This document shows positions 31,369 through 41,606 of a DNA stretch of 64,000 nucleotides, in pieces. The DNA is from an uncultured Chloroflexia bacterium (GTDB lineage: Bacteria; Chloroflexota; Limnocylindria; Limnocylindrales; CSP1-4), in NCBI GenBank assembly GCA_963783135.1, contig CAWAMH010000002.1:29525-93524 (forward strand). Direction: 5' to 3'. Under the pieces are notes generated by a model. The model was not told where the DNA came from, made no database searches, and saw nothing but the letters and a program-made list of their open reading frames with translations. The position numbers and the translations under genes are program-made. Positions within the stretch are counted from its first letter, which is position 1; each line of letters starts with the position of its first letter.

Positions 31369-32352
31369 ATGTCCGGACCGATCCAGACGACGCGGCGATG
31401 GCGCTGGCTCGTCCTCCCGGGACTCATCGCGCTGCTCGCGGCGTGCACCTCGTCGAGCGCGAGCCTGGCGCCGCCGAGGGGCGGCACGACCGGTTCGCAG
31501 CTCTCGGACGCCAACGGCTCCGGCACCGGCGCCGAGGCGGTCGACGGTGCCGCCGCTCCGGCGCCGGCCGCGCAGCCGGGTGGCGGCAAGACCGCGGTCG
31601 CGGCGTCCGATCTCCTCATCATCAAGACGGGCACGCTCGGGCTCCAGGTCGCCGCCATCGACGACAGCCTGAGCGCGGCGAACGCCCGGATCGTCGCGCT
31701 CGGCGGCTACGTCAGCGGCTCGCAGCGATCCGGTGACGGTGAAGGCGCCGTCGCCGACGTGACGTACCGGATCCCGGCCGCCCGTTGGGATGAGGCGCTG
31801 GCCGCGCTCCGTGGTCTCGCCGTCAAGGTCCTCGGCGAGGAGACCCAGACCGACGAGGTGACCGGCCAGGTCCGCGACCTCGGTGCCCGGATCGCCAACC
31901 TCCACGCCACCGAGGGCGCCCTCCAGGCGATCATGGCCCGAGCGACGAAGATCAGCGACGTGCTCGACGTCCAGGCTCAGCTCACCGACGTCCGGGGCCA
32001 GATCGAGCAGCTCGAGACCGAGAAGCAGCATCTCGAGGAGCAAGCTGCCTACGGAACGCTGACGGTGACGCTCGGACTCGAGACGATGGCGGTCGAGCAG
32101 GCACGCAAGGGCTTCGACCCGGCCGCAGAGGCCGACCGCGCGACGGCCAGCCTGGTCGAGGTCGGCCAGGCGCTGGCCGCCGCCGGGATCTGGTTCGGGA
32201 TCCTGTGGCTGCCGATCCTCCTCGTCCTCGGGCTGATCTCGATCGTCGTGCTCGTCGTCGTCCGCCAGGTCCGGCGCCGCCGACCAAGCGTGCCCGGGCC
32301 CGGTGCGGGCGGCGGCACGCCCGGTGCGATCCTGCCGCCCGCCGAGGCCTGA
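31369..32352 (+). CDS. DUF4349-like lipoprotein with C-terminal TM anchor
   Basis: A lipobox is present (LIALLAACTSS). The central coiled-coil region runs ...VTYRIPAARWDEALAALRGL...VTGQVRDLGARIANLHATEGAL... There is a C-terminal TM helix. GGAGG lies 8 nt upstream of the ATG. Confidence 0.75.
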   Translation: MSGPIQTTRRWRWLVLPGLIALLAACTSSSASLAPPRGGTTGSQLSDANGSGTGAEAVDGAAAPAPAAQPGGGKTAVAASDLLIIKTGTLGLQVAAIDDSLSAANARIVALGGYVSGSQRSGDGEGAVADVTYRIPAARWDEALAALRGLAVKVLGEETQTDEVTGQVRDLGARIANLHATEGALQAIMARATKISDVLDVQAQLTDVRGQIEQLETEKQHLEEQAAYGTLTVTLGLETMAVEQARKGFDPAAEADRATASLVEVGQALAAAGIWFGILWLPILLVLGLISIVVLVVVRQVRRRRPSVPGPGAGGGTPGAILPPAEA

Positions 32353-32487
32353 GGCTCGGCGCATCAAGGTCAGAACGGGGCCACGGTCCGGCCGAGACCC
32401 CCACGACGCCGCCCGCACGGCGGGTCGATCGCCAGCGAGCTCCTGCGGGCCGCGTAGACTGGGCGCGAGTCCGCAGGAGCCCGACCG

Positions 32488-33462
32488 ATGAGCACGACCC
32501 CGAAGCCCGATCGCCAGACCTCGCCCGCGCCGGCCGCGACCGACGCGGCCCCGACCCCTCCGCCGGCGGGCCGGATCACCGTCGTGGACATCGCCCGGAT
32601 GCACGCCGACGGCCAGCGCATCCCGATGCTGACGGCCTACGACTACCCGACGGCCCACCTGCTCGCCGAGGCCGGCATCCCGATGCTGCTCGTCGGGGAC
32701 TCGCTCGGCCAGGCGATGCTCGGCTACGAATCGACCGTCAGGGTCACGATGGACGAGATGATCCACCACACGAAGGCGGTCGTCCGCGGGGCGGGTCGGG
32801 CGCTCGTCGTGGGTGACATGCCGTTCCTGTCGTACGCCAACCCGGACGAGGCGCTCGACAACGCCGGCCGCTTCCTGCGCGAAGCCGGCGCCCAGGCGGT
32901 CAAGATCGAGGGCGGCGTCCGAAGCGCCCGGATCGTCGAGGCACTCGTCAAGGCCGGTGTCCCGGTCATGGGCCACATCGGTCTGACCCCGCAGTCGATC
33001 AACGCGATCGGCAAGGTCCGGGTCCAGGGCAAGAGCCGCGAAGGCGCGCGGGCGCTGCTCGGAGATGCGCTCGCCATCCAGGAGGCCGGGGCGTTCGCCA
33101 TCGTCCTGGAGCTCGTCCCCGAGCAGCTCGCGGCGGCGATCAGCGACCGGCTCCGGATCCCGACGATCGGGATCGGTGCGGGCGCCGGCTGCGGTGGCCA
33201 GGTCCAGGTCGTGACCGACCTGCTCGGGCTTGGTGACTTCATCCCGCGGCATGCCAAGCCCTACGCCGACCTGCGCGGCACGATCGTCGCGGCCGCCCGG
33301 GCGTACGCCGCCGACGTCGCCGCCGGCACGTTCCCGGGCCCCGAGCAGTCGGTCCGCATGGACGAGGCGGTCCTCGGCGACGTCCTCGGTCAGTCCAGCC
33401 TCGACCGACCGTCGGCCGCCGGCATCCCGTCGGGAGGGATCCCGCTCGACCGCGACCTGTGA
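32488..33462 (+). CDS. panB: 3-methyl-2-oxobutanoate hydroxymethyltransferase
   Basis: MLTAYDYPTAHLLAEAGIPMLLVGDSLG...VVGDMPF...VKIEGG...GHIGLTPQS. Confidence 0.95.
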   Translation: MSTTPKPDRQTSPAPAATDAAPTPPPAGRITVVDIARMHADGQRIPMLTAYDYPTAHLLAEAGIPMLLVGDSLGQAMLGYESTVRVTMDEMIHHTKAVVRGAGRALVVGDMPFLSYANPDEALDNAGRFLREAGAQAVKIEGGVRSARIVEALVKAGVPVMGHIGLTPQSINAIGKVRVQGKSREGARALLGDALAIQEAGAFAIVLELVPEQLAAAISDRLRIPTIGIGAGAGCGGQVQVVTDLLGLGDFIPRHAKPYADLRGTIVAAARAYAADVAAGTFPGPEQSVRMDEAVLGDVLGQSSLDRPSAAGIPSGGIPLDRDL

Positions 33463-33545
33463 TCGCGCGGGTCGATGGCTAGGAGGTGCGCCGCCTCCGC
33501 CCGCGGCGCACCGCTGGCTGCCCATCGGCTGAGCGTGCCCGACCG

Positions 33546-34382
33546 GTGACCCGCGTCCTGAGGACCCGCGCGGAGCTTCGGACCGCGCTCTCCGAGGCTC
33601 CTCGACCGGTCGGGCTCGTCCCGACGATGGGTTGGCTCCATGCCGGGCACCGGGCGCTCATCCAGCGAGCGCGCGCGGAATCGGCGACGAGCGTCGTGAC
33701 GATCTTCGTCAACCCCCGCCAGTTCAACGCGCCGGACGACTTCGGCCGCTACCCCCGGAACGAGGATCGCGATGTCGCGATCTGCGTCGAGGAGGGGGTC
33801 GACCTCGTCTGGGCGCCGCCGGTCGACGAGGTTTATGTGCCCGGCTTCGACACGACGGTATCGGTCGGAGCGATCGCCCGGCCGCTCGAAGGCGCCGCCC
33901 GGCCCGGCCATTTCGACGGCGTCGCCACGGTGGTCGCGATCCTGTTCGCCCTCGTCGGCGCCGAGCGGGCGTACTTCGGCCAGAAGGACGCCCAGCAGGT
34001 CAAGGTGGTCGACCGGATGGCCCGCGACCTGGCCCTGCCCACGCTGGTCGTGGCCTGTCCGACCATCCGCGAGTCGGACGGGCTTGCGCTTTCGTCGCGG
34101 AACGTCCATCTGACCACCGAACAGCGGGCCGCCGCCCCGGTCATCCATCGGGCGCTGGACGCCGCACGTGACCGCTGGGCCGCCGGCGAGCGATCGGCCG
34201 AGGCGGTCCGGAACGTCGTCCGCGACGTGCTCGCCGCCGAGCCACTCGCCGATGTCGAGTACATCAGCTGCGCGGATGCAGAGACCCTCAGCGAGCTCGA
34301 CCGGGTCGACGGCCCCGCGCTGTTGTCGGTCGCTGTCCGGTTCGGCTCGACCCGGCTCATCGACAACGAGCCGCTCGGCTAG
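33546..34382 (+). CDS. panC: pantoate--beta-alanine ligase
   Basis: VTRVLRTRAELR...GLVPTMGWLHAGHRALI...FVNPRQF...GHFDGVATVV...FGQKDAQQ. The GTG start at 33546 was chosen over the ORF-track start at 33486. Confidence 0.9.
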   Translation: MTRVLRTRAELRTALSEAPRPVGLVPTMGWLHAGHRALIQRARAESATSVVTIFVNPRQFNAPDDFGRYPRNEDRDVAICVEEGVDLVWAPPVDEVYVPGFDTTVSVGAIARPLEGAARPGHFDGVATVVAILFALVGAERAYFGQKDAQQVKVVDRMARDLALPTLVVACPTIRESDGLALSSRNVHLTTEQRAAAPVIHRALDAARDRWAAGERSAEAVRNVVRDVLAAEPLADVEYISCADAETLSELDRVDGPALLSVAVRFGSTRLIDNEPLG

Positions 34383-35413
34383 GGCCGGGCCGGCGCCACG
34401 CCGAGTCGCTCGAACGTCAACGCGGCACGCAGCCGGGCTTCGGCCGCGGCGTGTTCCTTCGACGACAGGCCCAGGCGATCCAGCCCGAGCAGGGCCGCCC
34501 CGACGACCGGCGGAGCGGCCAGTGGGCGGATCCGGGCTGCAGGTGCGACGGCGACGATCCGCGACCGGATGCGCTCGACCAGCGGGCCGTATGTCGTCTG
34601 GAAGATCCCGCCGGCCAGGACGACCGGGACCTCGCGCCGGACGACGTGGAGGCGGCGGATCATCGCCAGGGCCCAGGCGACGATCTCATCGGCGAGCGCG
34701 TCGACGATCCGGCGTGCCTCCGCGTCGCCATCGGCGGCCGCTCCGAACACGAGCGGCGGGAGTCGCTGCCGAAGATCGCGCTCGTCGAGTCGGCCGGTGT
34801 AGAGCGCGATCGTCAGCTCGCCTGGACGCCGGTAGCCGAACTCGGCGGGGACGAGACGCTCCAACGACGTCCGGGGCCCTCGCCCGTCGCGCCCCCGGAT
34901 CGCCGCTCCGAGCGCCGCCATCGCGACGTCGTCGCCGCCGCCCCGGTCGCCGGCATATTCGCCGACGGCCGCGAACCGGACCTGTCGTCCGGTCGGGCCG
35001 ATCCCGAGCCCGTTGACCCCCGCGCCGCAGATGACGGCCACGCCCCACGGCCGGTCGCTCCCGGCCCGCAGCGCGGCATGGGTGTCGTTGAGGACCACCA
35101 GCTCATCGGTCAGGCCGCGCTGGCGAAGGCCGCGCCGCAGCGACCGGACGTCACCGGGCAGGTCCGCGCCGGCCAGGGCGTGGATCCCGAGCCCGGCGAC
35201 CGGTCTCGTCGCCGGATCGAGACCGGCCGACGTCAACGCCAGCTCGGTCGTCCGTTCGAGCGCGTCGAGGCCGCGCCGGAGCCCGACCGCCTGATGCGAG
35301 ATCGTCGGGCCGCGGACCGAGGCGAGGAGCGACCCGTCCGCGGCGACGAGCGCGACGTCGGCCTTCGAGTTGCCACCGTCGACCGCCAGGATCGCGGGGC
35401 GCGCCGGGTTCAT
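34379..35413 (-). CDS. BadF/BadG/BcrA/BcrD-type ATPase (N-acetylglucosamine-kinase-like sugar kinase)
   Basis: Internal Met of ORF 34379..36151: MNPARPAILAVDGGNSKADVALV...VICGAGVNGLG...GEYAGDRGGG... This is an actin-fold sugar-kinase pattern. Confidence 0.75.
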   Translation of the reverse strand: MNPARPAILAVDGGNSKADVALVAADGSLLASVRGPTISHQAVGLRRGLDALERTTELALTSAGLDPATRPVAGLGIHALAGADLPGDVRSLRRGLRQRGLTDELVVLNDTHAALRAGSDRPWGVAVICGAGVNGLGIGPTGRQVRFAAVGEYAGDRGGGDDVAMAALGAAIRGRDGRGPRTSLERLVPAEFGYRRPGELTIALYTGRLDERDLRQRLPPLVFGAAADGDAEARRIVDALADEIVAWALAMIRRLHVVRREVPVVLAGGIFQTTYGPLVERIRSRIVAVAPAARIRPLAAPPVVGAALLGLDRLGLSSKEHAAAEARLRAALTFERLGVAPARP

Positions 35414-35462
35414 CGTCGGGGCGCTCGCGCGATGACCGCTGCGCCCCGCCCCGAGCCAGCCC

Positions 35463-37534
35463 TCACGCCGGGGTCCGCCAACCGATGAGCGCGGCGCCAT
35501 GGGCCGCCAGCTCGAGCTCGGGACCGAGACCTTCGCCGTCGATCTCGCCGCCGGCGAGTCGCTGCGATCCCGTCGGTCCGAACGATCGGATGTCGGTCGC
35601 CCCGGGGGGCAACCGCAGACGCGTCCGGATGGTCGCCGGGCCGTGGTTCGTGACGGCGACGAGACCGCCCGCGGAGCCCCGCAGGGACCCGGTCGTGACA
35701 TCCGGATGGTCGACACCGACCGGCTCCCGGAGCCCGGCGACCTCGAGCAGACCCGCGTACAGCCCCCACGAGGGATCGTCCGGCCCGTGGCGCTCAGGAG
35801 CGGCCGCCAGCAGGAGCTCCACCGGCGCCGCGCAGGTCGCGATCCAGCCGTCTCCGCGCCGGACGACGACCAGCCCCGGGTCCCCGTCACTGTCGACGGC
35901 CACCACCTCACCGTCATCGATGGCGAGGCGGGCCCAGCGCGTGGCGAGCGTTCCATCGCCGTCGGGCAGGCGGAGCTCGTCGCCGACCGCGAACGGCCCC
36001 CACGGCTGGTCGAACCGGAGCACGCCGGGTCGATCCGCCGGCGCGCGATCGGCGAGATGGCAGCCGGCGATCGCACCAAGCTCGGGCACGGCCGAGTCGG
36101 CCGACAGCGACAGCCAGAGCGTGCCTCCGCCGGCGGCGTGGTCGGTGGCACCGCGCCAGAAGCTCGTCCGCAGGTGGAGCAGCGACGACGACGTGGAGGT
36201 CAACGGCGCGGGCACGATCAGCAGCCGCGCGTCCGGCCAGCGGTCGTCGAGTCGCTCGCGCGGGAAGGCGACCGACGCGCCGGCGCGCGCCGCGAGCACG
36301 AACCCGTTGAGCCAGGCCTGGACGAGCGGGCGCGGATCGCGCTCGGGGCTCCAGACCCGCTCGGTCGGCTCGTACGGACCGGCGGGTGCGGCGTCCAGCC
36401 CGTACGCGACCGGGTCGTACGGGTGGACGTACTCGTGCGGCACCGGGATCGCGGCCAGGGCCGATGGTCCATCCCCGGCCAGCGCGTCGAGCTCTTCGCC
36501 GATCGATCGGACCGTCGCCGCCAGCTCGGCGAGGACCCGGCCACGCGGCCGCAGGGCACCGGTGTGATCCGTCACGCCGAACTGGGTCTCGTGCGGCTGG
36601 CGGACGTACGGCGCCCGGCCGAACGCCGCGGGCTCGGCATCGGTCCAGCACCAGGCGAGGAAGCCGATCGCACCCCGGCCGAGCGCGGACCAGGCGAGGA
36701 GGCGGTCGTAGCTCGCGATGCGGTCCGGGTCGAACTGCGCCGACGACGCGCCGTATTCGTGGACCATCACCGGTCGCCCCGCCCCCGCGGCGAGCGCCGT
36801 CTCGAACGCGCCCGCGTGGGTCATCCGCGCACCGAGGAGGCTGTCGGGATAGAGCTCCGGCGAGTAGATCGGGTAGGGATGGACCGTCGTGAAGTCGAGC
36901 AGCGGGCCGACCACATCGGCCCGGAACGGCCCGGCGGCGATCTCCTGGCTCGCGGTCCCGACCGTGACGAGATGGTCCGGGTCGGACGCGCGGAGGCGAT
37001 CCACCAGGGCGGATGTCCACGTCCGCGCGTCGTCGTCGGTCGTGTCGGGGAACAGCCACAGCGGCGGCTCGTCGGTCAGGTCCCAGGCAAGGATCGCCGG
37101 GTCGCCACGCCATCGGTCGGCGAGCAGCGCGACCTGATCGGCCTGGAGCCGGATCAGCTCGGGATCGCGGTGGGGATGCCGGCCGGCCCGCCATGGCACG
37201 TCCCAGTAGGCATCACCGACCTCGCCGCCGATGAAGAACGTCGGATGGAGGAGCAGCCCGTGGCGCTGGGCGGCCGCGAGGACCCCGTCGAGCGATCGCC
37301 AGGTGGGATCTCGTCGTAGACGCCGGGCTCCGGCTCGACCGCCGCCCAGAGCAGGTCGATGCGGACCGTGTCGAGGCCCGCGGCGGCCATCGCCGCGAAG
37401 GTCGTGTCGAACGCCTCGGGCCCGACCCGCCACGGCCAGTCCGGACCCTCGACGGGGACGTGATGCGCCCCGACCGGGAGGATCGGCCGGCCGTCCCGTT
37501 CGAGGAAGTGCCGGCCGCGACGGACGGTGCTCAC
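35463..37534 (-). CDS. glycoside hydrolase, clan GH-A TIM barrel (GH42/GH5-like) with C-terminal beta domains (one frame break)
   Basis: The N-terminus (VSTVRRGRHFLERDGRPILPVGAHH...LLWAAVEPEPGVYDE) lies in the frame of ORF 37154..38554. The rest (DPTWRSLDGVLAAAQRHGLLL...ILAWDLTDEPP...VMVHEYG...) lies in ORF 35463..37433. A 1-nt deletion is inferred near 37310. Confidence 0.75.
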
Positions 37535-37539
37535 GCCGG

Positions 37540-38397
37540 TCAGCCTACGTCCTTGACGGCCCCGGCGGTCAGCCCCTCGATGAACCGGCGTTGGAGGAGC
37601 AGGAAGATGAGGATCATCGGCGCCGCCGTGATCACGGTCCCGGCCATCGTCGTCCCCCAGTCGGACGCGTTCCGGCGGGCCAGCAGGGCGAGCCCGACCG
37701 GCAGCGTGCGCATGTCGTCCGAGCTGGTCACGACGAGCGGCCACAGGAAGTCGTTCCAGGCGGCGAGGAACGTGAAGATCGCCAGCGTCGCCATCCCGGG
37801 CACGGCCAGCGGGAAGACGATCGAGCGCAGGACGCGGAACTCGGACGCGCCGTCCATCCGGGCCGACTCGAGGACCTCGTCGGGGATCGAGCGCAGGAAG
37901 CCACGCATCAGGAAGATCCCGAAGACCGACACCGCGCTCGGCGCCACGAGTCCGAAGTACGTGTTGGCACCGATCGCCGGAATCGCCTTGTGGAGCTCGA
38001 CCATCATCTTGTAGAGCGGGATGAGATTGACCTGGAACGGGACCATCAGGGTCAGCAGGAGCAGGAAGAAGATCGGGTCGCGGCCCGGGAAGCGGAGCTT
38101 GGCGAAGGCATACGCGGCCGCCGTGCCGAAGATCACGTTGAGGATGACGATCGTGCCCGTGACGATCGTGCTGTTGAGCAGGTAGCGCGGGAACGGGATC
38201 TTCGTGATCACCGTCCGGTAGTTGTCCGCCGTGAACGGGTCGGGCAGGAACCGCGGCGGGTAGGCGAACACGTCGCCGGGCAGCTTGAACGAGGTCGACA
38301 GCGCCCACACGAACGGCACGATCATGAGGATCGAGGCGAGGATCAGGAAGCCGTTCTTGCCGATCCGGTCGACCCGGCGGCGGCGGACGGTGGCCAT
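37540..38397 (-). CDS. carbohydrate ABC transporter permease (CUT1, MalG-like)
   Basis: Internal Met of ORF 37540..38823: MATVRRRRVDRIGKNGFLILASILMIVPFVWAL...ESARMDGASEFRVLRSIVFPL (EAA loop). Confidence 0.9.
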   Translation of the reverse strand: MATVRRRRVDRIGKNGFLILASILMIVPFVWALSTSFKLPGDVFAYPPRFLPDPFTADNYRTVITKIPFPRYLLNSTIVTGTIVILNVIFGTAAAYAFAKLRFPGRDPIFFLLLLTLMVPFQVNLIPLYKMMVELHKAIPAIGANTYFGLVAPSAVSVFGIFLMRGFLRSIPDEVLESARMDGASEFRVLRSIVFPLAVPGMATLAIFTFLAAWNDFLWPLVVTSSDDMRTLPVGLALLARRNASDWGTTMAGTVITAAPMILIFLLLQRRFIEGLTAGAVKDVG

Positions 38398-39269
38398 CAG
38401 TCGCGCGCCTCGCCGAGCCGGAGCTGGGCATAGCTGAGGATCGCCAGGAACACGAGCAGGATGTAGGCCACGGCCGATGCGCCACCGATGTCGAGCCGGT
38501 TGAACCGGTCCACGAGGTCGAACACGATCGTCCGGGTCGCGTCGATCGGTCCACCGTTCGTCATGACGAAGACCTGGTCGAACGTCTGGAAGCTGCCGAT
38601 GATCCCGATGACGTAGACGAACACGATCGTCGGCCGGAGCCCGGGCACGGTGACCCAGCGGAACTTCGCCCAGCGGCCGGCGCCATCCACGGTCGCCGCC
38701 TCGTAGTACTCGCGCGGGATCGACTGGAGCGCGGCGAGGAAGACGACGGTCTCGAATCCGAACCCCTGCCAGATCGCCGTGATGACGACCGCCGGCAGGG
38801 CCGTCGTCGGGTCGGTCAGCCACGCATGACCGGGCAGACCGAACAGCGCGGCGACGTCGTTGATGATCCCGTTGTCGGCGTACATCAGCTTCCAGATCGT
38901 CGCGACCACGATCAGGGAGGTCATCGTCGGCAGGAAGAAGGCCGTCCGGTAGAACGCCCGGAGCCGAAGCTTGTCGTTGAGCAGGATGGCGGTGCCTAGA
39001 CCGAGGAGCGGGCCGATCGCCATCCCCATGATCACGAAGAAGACCGTGTTCTGGAACGCCCGCTGGAAGCGCGGGTTGGCCAGTACGTCCGCGTAGTTCT
39101 CCAGCCCGACGAACTGGGGCGGCTTGATCCCGTTGTAGTGGGTCAGGCTCCAGTAACCCGACACGATCATCGGGATGATGAGGAAGACGACCGTGACCAC
39201 GACCGCCGGGGCGATCAGCAGATAGCCCGCCGACGCCCCGCGGAAGCGACGCCGGAAGGTCGTGGTCAC
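38397..39269 (-). CDS. carbohydrate ABC transporter permease (CUT1, MalF-like)
   Basis: 290-aa polytopic ORF with an EAA-type loop (YEAATVDGAGRWAKFRWVTVPGL). Confidence 0.9.
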   Translation of the reverse strand: MTTTFRRRFRGASAGYLLIAPAVVVTVVFLIIPMIVSGYWSLTHYNGIKPPQFVGLENYADVLANPRFQRAFQNTVFFVIMGMAIGPLLGLGTAILLNDKLRLRAFYRTAFFLPTMTSLIVVATIWKLMYADNGIINDVAALFGLPGHAWLTDPTTALPAVVITAIWQGFGFETVVFLAALQSIPREYYEAATVDGAGRWAKFRWVTVPGLRPTIVFVYVIGIIGSFQTFDQVFVMTNGGPIDATRTIVFDLVDRFNRLDIGGASAVAYILLVFLAILSYAQLRLGEARD

Positions 39270-39305
39270 GGTCGGATCAGGCCCGCTCGGCGCGGTCGGC
39301 CCGGA

Positions 39306-40685
39306 TCACGGCTTGAGGAGCGCGTTCGTCTGCGTCACGGCGTCGTCGAGTGCCTGCTTGACATCGGCCTTGCCCAGCAGCGCCTTCTCCATCGCCAGCC
39401 CGATCGCCTCGTCGATCTGGGTCCAGGCCGCGACGTACGGGAACGGCCGCGACGTCTTCATCGACTCGAGGAAGACCGAGAACGGCTGCTCGTTCCCGAA
39501 GTACGGATCCGGCTTCGTCAGCTCGGAGCTCTGGAGCGCGGCGGTCGTGGCGGGTGCCGCACCGGCCGTCGTGAACACGTTCACGGCGTTCTCCGGACGC
39601 AGGAGATACTGGGCGAGCTGCCAGGCCGCCTCCTTATGGGTGGCCTGGACCGGGATCCCTAGGCCCGTGCCACCGAGGTAGCTGCCGGGCTGCTTCGAGT
39701 ACGGCGCGGTCGCGACGGCCCACTTGCCCGACTGCTCCGGCACGCCGCTCTTGAGCAGGCCCATGTAGTACGGCCCGTCCTCGAACATCGCGACCTCGCC
39801 GGACTTGATGACCGGGGTCAGGTCGCCGTCCGCGTCGGACCAGTACTTGCCGGAGCCGTCATCGAGGAACGCCTTCTGGGCGTTGACCGCGTTGACCCCG
39901 GCCTCCGAGTTGAAGACCGCTTCGGTGTTGTCGTCATTCAGCAGCGCGCCGCCGTCCTGGTACAGGAACTGGGACAGATGGAAGCTGTTCGGCCGGATCG
40001 CGGTCAGGTACTTGTCGGGCTTGCCACCCGGCTTGGAGGACTCGGCGAGCTGCTTCGCGGCGGCCCGGAACTCGTCCCAGTTCTTCGGGACCGCGATCCC
40101 CTTCTGGTCGAACAGGTCCTTGCGGTAGTACAGCGCGTAGGTGTCGAAGTCGTAGAGCATCGCGACCATCTGGTCGCCGTAGTGCATCGCGTCCTGAGCG
40201 CCCTGGGTGTACTGGTCGGCGATCGGTGCGCCGTTGAGCTGGCCACCGGACAGGGCGGTCAGGTCCTCGAGGGCGCCGTTGGCGGCCAGGGTCGGGAGCC
40301 AGGTCATGTCGAGCGTGGCCAGGTCGGGGACCTCACCCGCGCCGACCCCGGCGGTGAACTTCTCGTTCATCGAGTCCCAGTCGAGCGCCTGGTAGTCGAC
40401 GGTGATCCAGGGGAACTCCTTGGCGAACCCGGCGAGGGCCGGCTTGATCGGGGTCGTGTCCCCGTAGTAGTCCCAGACCTTGATCGTGACCGGGGTCGTG
40501 TCAAGGCTGGCCGTGGGGGCGGCGGCACTCGGTGCGCCGGCACTGGGTCCGCCCGCGCTCGACGAACCGGCCGCTGTGGGCGCGACCGCGGACGGGCCGG
40601 TCGTGGCCGCGCCCGATCCGCACGCGCTCGCGATGATCGCGACCGTGGCGAGCCCGACGAGGGCTCGAAGCTTCAGATCCACCAT
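39306..40685 (-). CDS. extracellular solute-binding lipoprotein of sugar ABC transporter
   Basis: MVDLKLRALVGLATVAIIASACGSG (lipobox). An AGGAGG RBS precedes the ATG at 40685. The protein is the typical family-1 SBP length. Confidence 0.9.
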   Translation of the reverse strand: MVDLKLRALVGLATVAIIASACGSGAATTGPSAVAPTAAGSSSAGGPSAGAPSAAAPTASLDTTPVTIKVWDYYGDTTPIKPALAGFAKEFPWITVDYQALDWDSMNEKFTAGVGAGEVPDLATLDMTWLPTLAANGALEDLTALSGGQLNGAPIADQYTQGAQDAMHYGDQMVAMLYDFDTYALYYRKDLFDQKGIAVPKNWDEFRAAAKQLAESSKPGGKPDKYLTAIRPNSFHLSQFLYQDGGALLNDDNTEAVFNSEAGVNAVNAQKAFLDDGSGKYWSDADGDLTPVIKSGEVAMFEDGPYYMGLLKSGVPEQSGKWAVATAPYSKQPGSYLGGTGLGIPVQATHKEAAWQLAQYLLRPENAVNVFTTAGAAPATTAALQSSELTKPDPYFGNEQPFSVFLESMKTSRPFPYVAAWTQIDEAIGLAMEKALLGKADVKQALDDAVTQTNALLKP

Positions 40686-40734
40686 GTCCTCCTCCTTCGA
40701 TCGACGTGGGGTCGGGGATGATCGGTGGAGCGCC

Positions 40735-41502
40735 TCACCGCTCCACCTCGGCGAGCTGGCTGGAACGGGCGATCTCACGATCGACCTGGTAGCGCATCCG
40801 GTCGCCCCGGACGTACGTCCGGGCGTACTCGACCGGCACGCCGCCGCGGGTGTAGGCCACGCCCTCGACGAGGAGGGCGAGCCGGTCGGGGTGCTGGCCG
40901 AGCAGCCGCGCCTCGCGCGCCGGCAGGCTGATCGGGACGAACGACTCGCGGGCGAACGCCACCGGCGCGTCGTAGCGGCCGGCGAGCAGGTCGTACAGCG
41001 AGCCCGAAGCGAGGTCTGCGCTCAGCAGGCCCGGGAACCGGTCCGCCGGCAGGTGGACCTGCTCGAGCAGGAGCGGCTCGTCGTCGGCCAGCCGGAGACG
41101 CTCGACGTAGAGCGTGGGCGCGCCGATCTCGATCCCGAGCGCGGTCGCGACGACCGGTCCGGCCGTCTCGGTCCGTGACGCGATGACCCGGGTCCCCGGC
41201 GTGTGGCCCTGATCGACCATCTCCTCGGAGAAGCTGAGCGAACCGCCCATGTCGAGCCGGATCGCGGGGCGGGTCACGAACGTGCCGCGACCCCGGGTCC
41301 GTTCGATGCGAGCCTCGCGGGCGAGCTCGCCGAGCGCCCGTCGGACGGTGATCAGGCTGCAGCCGTAGCGGGCAGCCAGCTCGCGCTCGGTCGGAAGTCG
41401 ATCGCCCGACCGCCACTCGCCACCGTCCAGTGACGCGCGGAGGTCAAGGTAGACCTGATGATGGAGCGGCACAGGCCCGGGGTCGAGCTGGAACGTCGCC
41501 AT
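40735..41502 (-). CDS. GntR family (HutC/UTRA subfamily) transcriptional regulator
   Basis: Winged HTH (LPTERELAARYGCSLITVRRALGELA...RGRGTFV) plus a UTRA-like effector domain. Confidence 0.9.
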   Translation of the reverse strand: MATFQLDPGPVPLHHQVYLDLRASLDGGEWRSGDRLPTERELAARYGCSLITVRRALGELAREARIERTRGRGTFVTRPAIRLDMGGSLSFSEEMVDQGHTPGTRVIASRTETAGPVVATALGIEIGAPTLYVERLRLADDEPLLLEQVHLPADRFPGLLSADLASGSLYDLLAGRYDAPVAFARESFVPISLPAREARLLGQHPDRLALLVEGVAYTRGGVPVEYARTYVRGDRMRYQVDREIARSSQLAEVER

Positions 41503-41530
41503 CGCTCCCCTATCGTCAGCGGGTCACTTG

Positions 41531-41549
41531 CTGATAACGTTATAACTAA
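41531..41549. promoter_or_regulatory. candidate GntR/HutC operator in the divergent gntR / GH4 intergenic region
   Basis: A perfect 10-bp palindrome ATAACGTTAT (41534-41543) sits inside ctgATAACGTTATAACtaa. This is the only AT-rich patch in a 104-bp divergent intergenic region and fits the GT-N-AC type HutC half-site logic. Confidence 0.5.
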
Positions 41550-41606
41550 TGTGGCCAGCCGACGGGTGGGTTGTCAAGCCCTGACGAGGGATCGCGAGGG
41601 AGGTCG

